Below, one piece after another: positions 57,134 through 64,000 of a stretch of 64,000 nt of DNA. Position 1 is the stretch's first letter; the number at the start of each line of letters is the position of its first letter. The notes below the pieces were generated by a model. The model was not told the origin of the DNA, made no database searches, and saw only the letters and a list, made by a program, of their open reading frames with translations. This DNA comes from Halobacteriovoraceae bacterium (lineage in GTDB: Bacteria; Bdellovibrionota; Bacteriovoracia; Bacteriovoracales; Bacteriovoracaceae). A program made the position numbers and the translations under genes. The stretch lies in assembly GCA_963719505.1 (NCBI GenBank), contig CAVRCF010000002.1, positions 373,323-437,322 on the forward strand, in the 5' to 3' direction.

Positions 57134-60100
57134 AAACTTCACCATTTAAAGCTTTCTTCCAAATTACTTCAAATTAGATTTTCTTCTGGAAATTTTTCTA
57201 GTTTTCCAAGAACATGAGATCCAGTCTCAAAGTTAGCGTTAAATAATCGACTAAATTCATTTTGGTGAGCTTCATTAAAAAAAAGATACTTTAAATCTTT
57301 ATCAACTGCGGCAATAAAATCGGATGAGCTTTCAAGGACATTAGAAAATCTCTGTTTATTTAAAATATCTGTTGTCACCTCATTGCAGCTAACAATCACC
57401 CCAAAATAGAACCCTGCAAACTCTTTAGTGGTGAAAAGCTAAAACTGAGATCAGTTAATTCGACCATCCCCATTTCTTGGCATCATAGCACTTTCATTCT
57501 CTATCCACGTTTTCCGCCGGAAAAAACTTGCTCAAAATAATGACCAGTGGTCGAATCCCAAAGCTGCCCCATACTTCTTTTCCTGAAAGTCCCATTTTTT
57601 CACTATGATTTCCCTCTCCGAGGTAGCTTAAAAAACTATCGTTAAAAAAGAAATAGGCTTCTTTGCTAAATCCTCGTGTGGATTGACTTAATCAACTCGA
57701 GAGGTGAACTTTAGCTCAACGGCCGACCCATGAGGCTGCCCTAAAGGATGCTTTTTCCAATTCTTATCACGAATAAATTTTGCTGTTTTTGAATTGTTTA
57801 AAAAGTCCATACCCGCCCCTATGCTTCTCGTTTAAATATAGCATTAGAAAGGTATTCAACAGGCAGTGGCCTATCAAACTCTTTGTGTAGAAAAAAACAC
57901 ATCTCCTTTAACAACCCTTAGGATGCTAAGAGGCCTACTTTGTCAATTAATGGCAAAACGATATTTCTTTTCCTTTCTTTCATTTGTGTCGAGATTTATT
58001 TACAAATTCTCTACTTTTCCCCAAGATTTTTTTTTGATAATTTTATCAGGAGGTTTTTATGACTATAAAATATAATAATGAAAAAGAGAACGAAGAAATC
58101 CAATCAATCTTCACAACATGTCTCGAGGAGGGATCAAAAGAGAACTTCTCGAAAAAGCGATTTGGAGATAAGGATCAAGAAAAGATTGAGTCCATTGCCG
58201 GTGAGCAAGGTGTATCCAGTGGAGACACTTTGACAAGTTACGGGACAGCAGAGGATCGTTCAAAAAATGTCGAACGCCTACAAAGAAGTTCAACCAAATG
58301 AATGGCATGAAGAAAGAAGATCCCAGTAAAACCACTCTGACTCAAACGATGAATCACAATAATAGAAAACAACGAATAGAAAAACAACATAAGCCAAGAG
58401 ATAATACTTGATACGAGGACAAGGAGGTCGTTGTGAAAAGTGAAGTAAAAGATGAAATCCTAGAAAACAAATTTGGGGTTTTATTAGATAGAAAGACTAC
58501 GTTTGCGATTGAAAGAGAATTAGAACATTTAATGGACGGATGTTCCCTCAGTCGGCAAGCGCCTTCTTCAACTTAAGATAAAAGGGCATTGCTTCTTACC
58601 AATCAAAACTATTGATAAACTGCTTTGATATAGTTTTTCAAGTTGAAGCCGAGTAAGGATCCGCTGACAGTATTTAAACTTCTTGAACGAAAAATGGATG
58701 AAGCTTTTGCACTTGGAGAAAAGACATTCCTTATACCAAACTTTTCAGAAGATACCATGACTCTCTCATAGATAATCTGGGGCCCGTAAAGCCTCCAGCT
58801 TTTATTCAAATCAACCACTTTGAAGCATGACAAGTGTGCAAGCATTTAAGAACCTCAACACCCAATTTGTGAGGCGAGATGAGGATTCTCTGTGCCGGGA
58901 TTAAATATGACTCGGCGACACCTTATTTTTAATGTCTTCAAAAAGTGAACTCTGCTTTGAGGGGCTAATATAAACTGTGATCAATGTCGGATGGTATATG
59001 TTCAAAGCTTGAATAGACCTCAAAACCATCAATCTTCTTTTGATTAGATTAGGCTAAAAAAACAGTTATAGCCGTTATCCTTTAAACTTACTTGTGCCTG
59101 ATGGAAAACCTTTTTGGATCGCTCGAAGCTCCTATGATGGCTACGTATGTTATTCTTCATAGTGATTCAAGATTTGATATTCCAGAGAGAGTTTTAATAA
59201 TAGAATGCACTACATTCGCATCCTTTTCATAGAAGTAAGGAGGATAACTATCTTTGATAAGATATTTAAGCGCTTTTCCTTCTTGATCATATTCTGCGCA
59301 TAAATGACGACCACATGACTTTCAAACCAGTATCCAATTGGTGTCTTTTAATCCAATCAGTTTTTTATGATTCTTCGTCTGATCGGGATACAAAATAAGC
59401 TTGGATTTCCAGGCCTTGTAGGATCGGGATGAGCACTCCAGGCCTGAGATTTTATCATCGCGTAGACCAAAACTCAGTCCACTAAAGAACTTTTCTCTAA
59501 GGAAAAAGGACTAGTTTTTCACCTAAAAATATTGTCTGAGTTATATGACCTGAGTCTGACCCAGTAATCAGCGTCGCTAACTAAACCTATTTCTCTAGAA
59601 TGAAAATTTGGCCTGAGTTTTTGTCAGAGCCAGTTGACTCTTTAAAGTACCAGCGAAAAGATTTATTTCCTTAGGGTCCACTTGTGGATGACTTTCAAGA
59701 AATATACTCTCTACAATTGTAAGAGTTGAGAACACCCAACAAAACTGAGAGTCTTTTTGATCAAGCGCTCCTGTAACTCTGAGGCTAATAACTTCGTTTT
59801 GTGCAAAAGCCAGGTTCGCTGTCAAAAAACAGGTGGTAAAAATTAGAATGAATAACTTCTTCATAGCACCTTTAAGCTACCGTTAATAACACGACCATCA
59901 TACATACTTACGAGCCTTTTGGCCGTGTTTTATTCTTCACATTTACCTTTTAGAGGACTCCAAAACGACAAATTTTTTGTTTTGACCTATTTTAGACACA
60001 TTGCCAAAAATCTTTTTAGGGAAATATGGTACCCAAGTGATTATTGCCAAATAACTCTAAGCTTCCCTCCAGCCTTGAGAGCTCGCTTAGCATCCCTAAA

Positions 60101-63100
60101 CATTGTTCTGGCAACAAAAGTGTCCAATGGTGTGCCCTTGATGAGAGACGAAAAGAGAAGCCAAATCGATTTTTTGGGGTATCGACCTCGTCGTTCAATA
60201 TACTCACCCAGAATTTTTTGAAATATGACTAAATTTCTAGCCGCCGACAGTAAAGCCATTTTTGATTCATCACAAAAGATAATTTGAGCTTTTGGATTTA
60301 TGATCTGCGCAGCTTTATCCCTACAAGGCCGTTGCCACACCCTAAAATTGAGCCTTCAATTCCTTGGGGGATAAAATGAGAAAAACGGGGGTCCTTATAT
60401 CGAGCTTTTCACGACTAAAGACATTTGAATGGTTTGTAATAGGAAAATCGAAGGCATCAAGTACCTCTAAGGGATATGGAGACTGGACTGGTTCCTTTTC
60501 GAACTCAGCGAAAATCAATCCGCGCTTTTTTCGCAAAACTAGTCTTGTATTACCGAAGTACTTATTGATGAGATCAAAGGCTCCGCCAGCAAGGTGCTTA
60601 ATCATTGAGCAACAAATTAGCTTGACTCTTTGTCAAATGTGCAGACTTGGCATAAAATATCTTCTAAAAATGAATAATTTTTTGGAATGTGTAAAAAAAT
60701 AAAATCGAAATGACCTGAAGTTCAGACAAATCGTTGATGTAGTGAATCGAACGATCAATATTACTCTTTGCTGCTTGATGGGAGATAAAAGAGTCTGAAT
60801 AGAAAACAATTTCCGCTGCTTTTCAATCTACAAGCTACCGCTCCCGAAATTATCGTTGAGCACGAGGACTCTCTTATCAATAAGATCTAGTGAATTAATA
60901 TGATTGATCATGAGCTTAGTCTGCAGCATTCCAAGCCAAGAGCTTATCATCAAGAATGTTGGGGTATATTTTAAATGGTCGTTTTCAAATATTTCCTATC
61001 AAAGAGAGACTTTACGAAGCACAAGACTTTTCATTTTTACCAAGAGCTTTATAAGGACATCTTTTATCGTTTCGCTATTAAAAGGTTTGGCGATAAGTCC
61101 ATCTACCTGAGAGGCAAAAGACTCATCTTCAAACGAAACTCCCCCCGTCATTAAAACATAAGGAATTCTTTCCCTGAGAGATCGCGTATATTTTAAACAG
61201 CTCAATCCATCCATATTTGGCATCTGAATATCTGAAAGAACCAAATCATAGGAGTCCCTATTGTTTTCGATCTCTTCAAGAGCTTGCTTTCCATCACCTG
61301 AAAGAACGACCTCAAAATCTAAGTCCTCTAACAATACTTTGAGAATGTGCTGAATAGCGACTTTCGTCTTCAACAACAAGAATCTTTTTTCGTTGCTCAT
61401 TGATATTATTTTCTGCTCTCGGAGGGCTTTTCTTGAGAGGTGGAATCTGCACGGGTTCGTTTTATACGATAGAATCTTGTTGCCTTACAACTCTTCTTTC
61501 GGATAAAGGCAACTCTATTTTTAAATATGGTTCCGGTTTTACTGTTTGTTTCAAAACTAATTTGGCCAGTACATAATCAGAGACAATGCGTTTAAGGAAC
61601 TCGCAACAAGTAAAAAGATAAAAACGATTTTCATAAATTCAACCTCTCAATAGTAATTATATATTTACTATCACGCAGGATGACGAATGGACACAGATGT
61701 CAGATTTTTCTAGATTTTACTTTGATATTTCTAAAAGGACTTCATTTTTTCTAAACCAAGGAAGTGTCCATGGAGGATTGTAACCTGCATACTTTGCGAC
61801 GGAATCTACTTTATACTCCCCAAGACTATTAACCCAGCTTTTGAGCTCTTCTTCTTTCTTCTGAAAGCTCCTGGCATCTCAACTTCCAGAGTAAGTTATG
61901 ACAGCATAGATTTTTTCTTCTTCTGTGGAGATCTCTATTCTCTTGTCTTTTGGCCTTGGGAGTGACTCCAAAGTATACTTAGCTGGCATCTTAAAAAACA
62001 TCTGAGTTTATTCTTACTCTCATTAACGATCACAGGAGAAGTCATCGCGATCTTCTTGCTCTTCTGTTCATCACTTTTAACAACGACTGGACTTGTCATA
62101 GAAATCTTTGACTGAAGCTCATTTTTACCAGAAAATATAGTCTGCTAGTATTTTAAAACTATCGTCCCTAGATTCATTCATCTTTCCAGGAAGCTCTACC
62201 TGAGCTTTAATAAACGGTTTATATAATCTTATCTCTTTTTTATCTTCAGAGAGTAATACTTCATAAGGAATCTGTTCAGTATCATTGACGCCAAAAATCG
62301 AGCATGCGGAGAAAAACGGAATTAGCAGAAGAATAACAAATATTTCATGGAGACAATTTATTGTAAAAAACAGTCTTTGTCTTATAAAAAATTCAAGGTG
62401 AAAGTTTGCACAGGACGACGAGAAGATGTTAAGAAAAATTAATCACAAGCCCCTTTTCAGGGGCGTGCGAATATCTATAATTTTATTTGGTAATGATACG
62501 AAGAGTCATTTCTAAAACAATGCCCTCTTTCTCTTAAAAGTTCTGAAATTGGAAAGTCCTAAGGATCTCCTCTACCAGAGCTGTCTCAAAGAAGCAGTTT
62601 CCATTCCAGTTTTTAAGATCAACAATCTCTCCAACTCTTGAATCATCAGTTGAATATGTCGCTCTAAGTGAAACTGGACTCATACTCCCAAACTGAATTC
62701 CACCAAAACAATTTGTTCTAATATTTTTTGCACCTAGTTTTTCGAGAACAAATCTTGTTTGTCCCTCTGCATAGTCACATGAAAGGAAAACTCTATTTCC
62801 GCCTTCAAATCCTGTGTAATACATATTCAAGTTACCCTCATTAGCAAAGGCAAAAGTCGAAACAAGGCTAAGAGCAATAAGTAAAAACTTCATAAACATC
62901 TCCTTAAATATTAATATTTGCTAGTGATACGTCCAAAAACCAAAGATGTAAATCAAGTTTGGAAAATCTATCTAGACAAGTCTTCTAATAGTTTGTAAAT
63001 GAGCACTTGAATAGCCTTTTTGGCATCTTTATGGACGTCATTTGAGTAACTTCTTTATAATCGATACCTTTTAAAGCTTTCCTCGCATTTTCAAGCTCGG

Positions 63101-64000
63101 TGACTTTTGTCAACTCCCCCATCTTCTCCAGACAGCTGAGGACTCGGTCAAAACGCCCATCACTTTCACTCCATCTCATCGTTTCTAGAAGTGAAAGAAG
63201 CTCTACTTCACTATCCTTTATATCTAGATCCAAGACCCTCTTTAAATCTAAACAAAGTGAGACAGACTCTTTTGGGAACAAGAATTTTTCAAGAAAGTTT
63301 TCTATTGCTCGCGGCCCATCGTGAAAAAAGCACAATGCCACTTTTTCATTTAAAGAAAATTCTAAGTGGCTTTGAACTAATGAAAGATTCACTTTTTCAT
63401 GATAAAGAAGATCCAAAACATGACTTTTATCAATTTCAGAGATGAAACTATTCGTGTCATTAGAATTAAAACCCTTTATCAGCTCATTCGAAATTCTCTG
63501 TTCAGAAATCCCAGTAAATAAAGAGCTATTTTTTAAGAGGCCGTCTACAAAAATTTGCGTCTGAGCTGCAACTTTAAAACCCTCAAGCCTTGCTTTAAAT
63601 CTCATCAAACGCAAAACTCTTACAGGGTCAGTATCGAAAAATGGATTGTGACGTAGAACCTTGAGGCTAATATCTTTTCTTCCACCCAAAGGGTCGAAGA
63701 ACTCACCAGTTTTTTGGTCTACAGCAATTGAGTTTATTGTTAGGTCTCGCTGTAAATTTTCTACAATAGAATTATTAACAGCAAGAGTATACTCTTCTCT
63801 TGTTTTTGGGTGCAAATAGACATCGTGGGATTTTCCAACCTTCATAAACCCCAAACTCTCAAGCTCTTTTTGACACGAGTCCACGACAACAAAATCTTTA
63901 TCCATTGGAGTGTCTGTGTAAAAGTCTATCTCTTACTGATCCACCTACGGCATAAATTTTTATTTTGCTCTCCTCGCCATTAAACCTTTAAAATTGACCA
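57095..64000 (-). repeat. Error-rich inverted copy of about 45989-57085 lacking 48407-52473 (probable fold-back artefact)
   Basis: The reverse complement reproduces the PAS gene, C1 peptidase, rlmG, kinase 3' end, SOUL and nucleotidyltransferase genes with dense small indels. Symmetry centre is near 57090. Confidence 0.9.

Noticed and set aside
57169-63905. ORFs in the last 7 kb as independent genes or pseudogenes
   Set aside because: They are fragments of the inverted copy of 45989-57085.
1-64000. rRNA, tRNA, prophage or known anti-phage defence genes
   Set aside because: None recognised by eye; tRNAscan-SE, Infernal and DefenseFinder would be needed to exclude them formally.

Overview
AT-rich bacterial chromosomal window. 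The many signal-peptide hypothetical proteins, secreted hydrolases and PilZ/sensor proteins suggest a Bdellovibrionota (Bacteriovorax/Halobacteriovorax-like) predator; this is inference only. Housekeeping and stress genes include dsbB/dsbA, gloA, a Crp/Fnr-linked persulfide detox cluster, acnA, tpx, a cytochrome c peroxidase, an ECF sigma/anti-sigma pair, dapB-dapA-dapD, OYE-yqjG-photolyase, osmC, csp, a tRNA nucleotidyltransferase and rlmG. Highlights: (1) two different IS1202-family (ISNCY) elements with 16-17 bp target duplications, both inserted at the same position of a TGTCTA-N5-TAGAC(A/G) palindrome that their left ends re-create; (2) a single-ORF IS66 nested inside the left end of one of them; (3) two tandem copies of a 126-nt structured non-coding element; (4) a minus-strand run of secreted proteins with repeated Pepco/Trypco-like beta-hairpin units next to an HEXXH peptidase; (5) a loop-deleted, probably CC-adding, nucleotidyltransferase. 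From about 57.1 kb to the end the sequence is an error-rich inverted copy of about 45989-57085, most likely a long-read fold-back artefact. The frameshifts in acnA and dapB are probably sequencing errors too. No rRNA, tRNA or CRISPR array was recognised.
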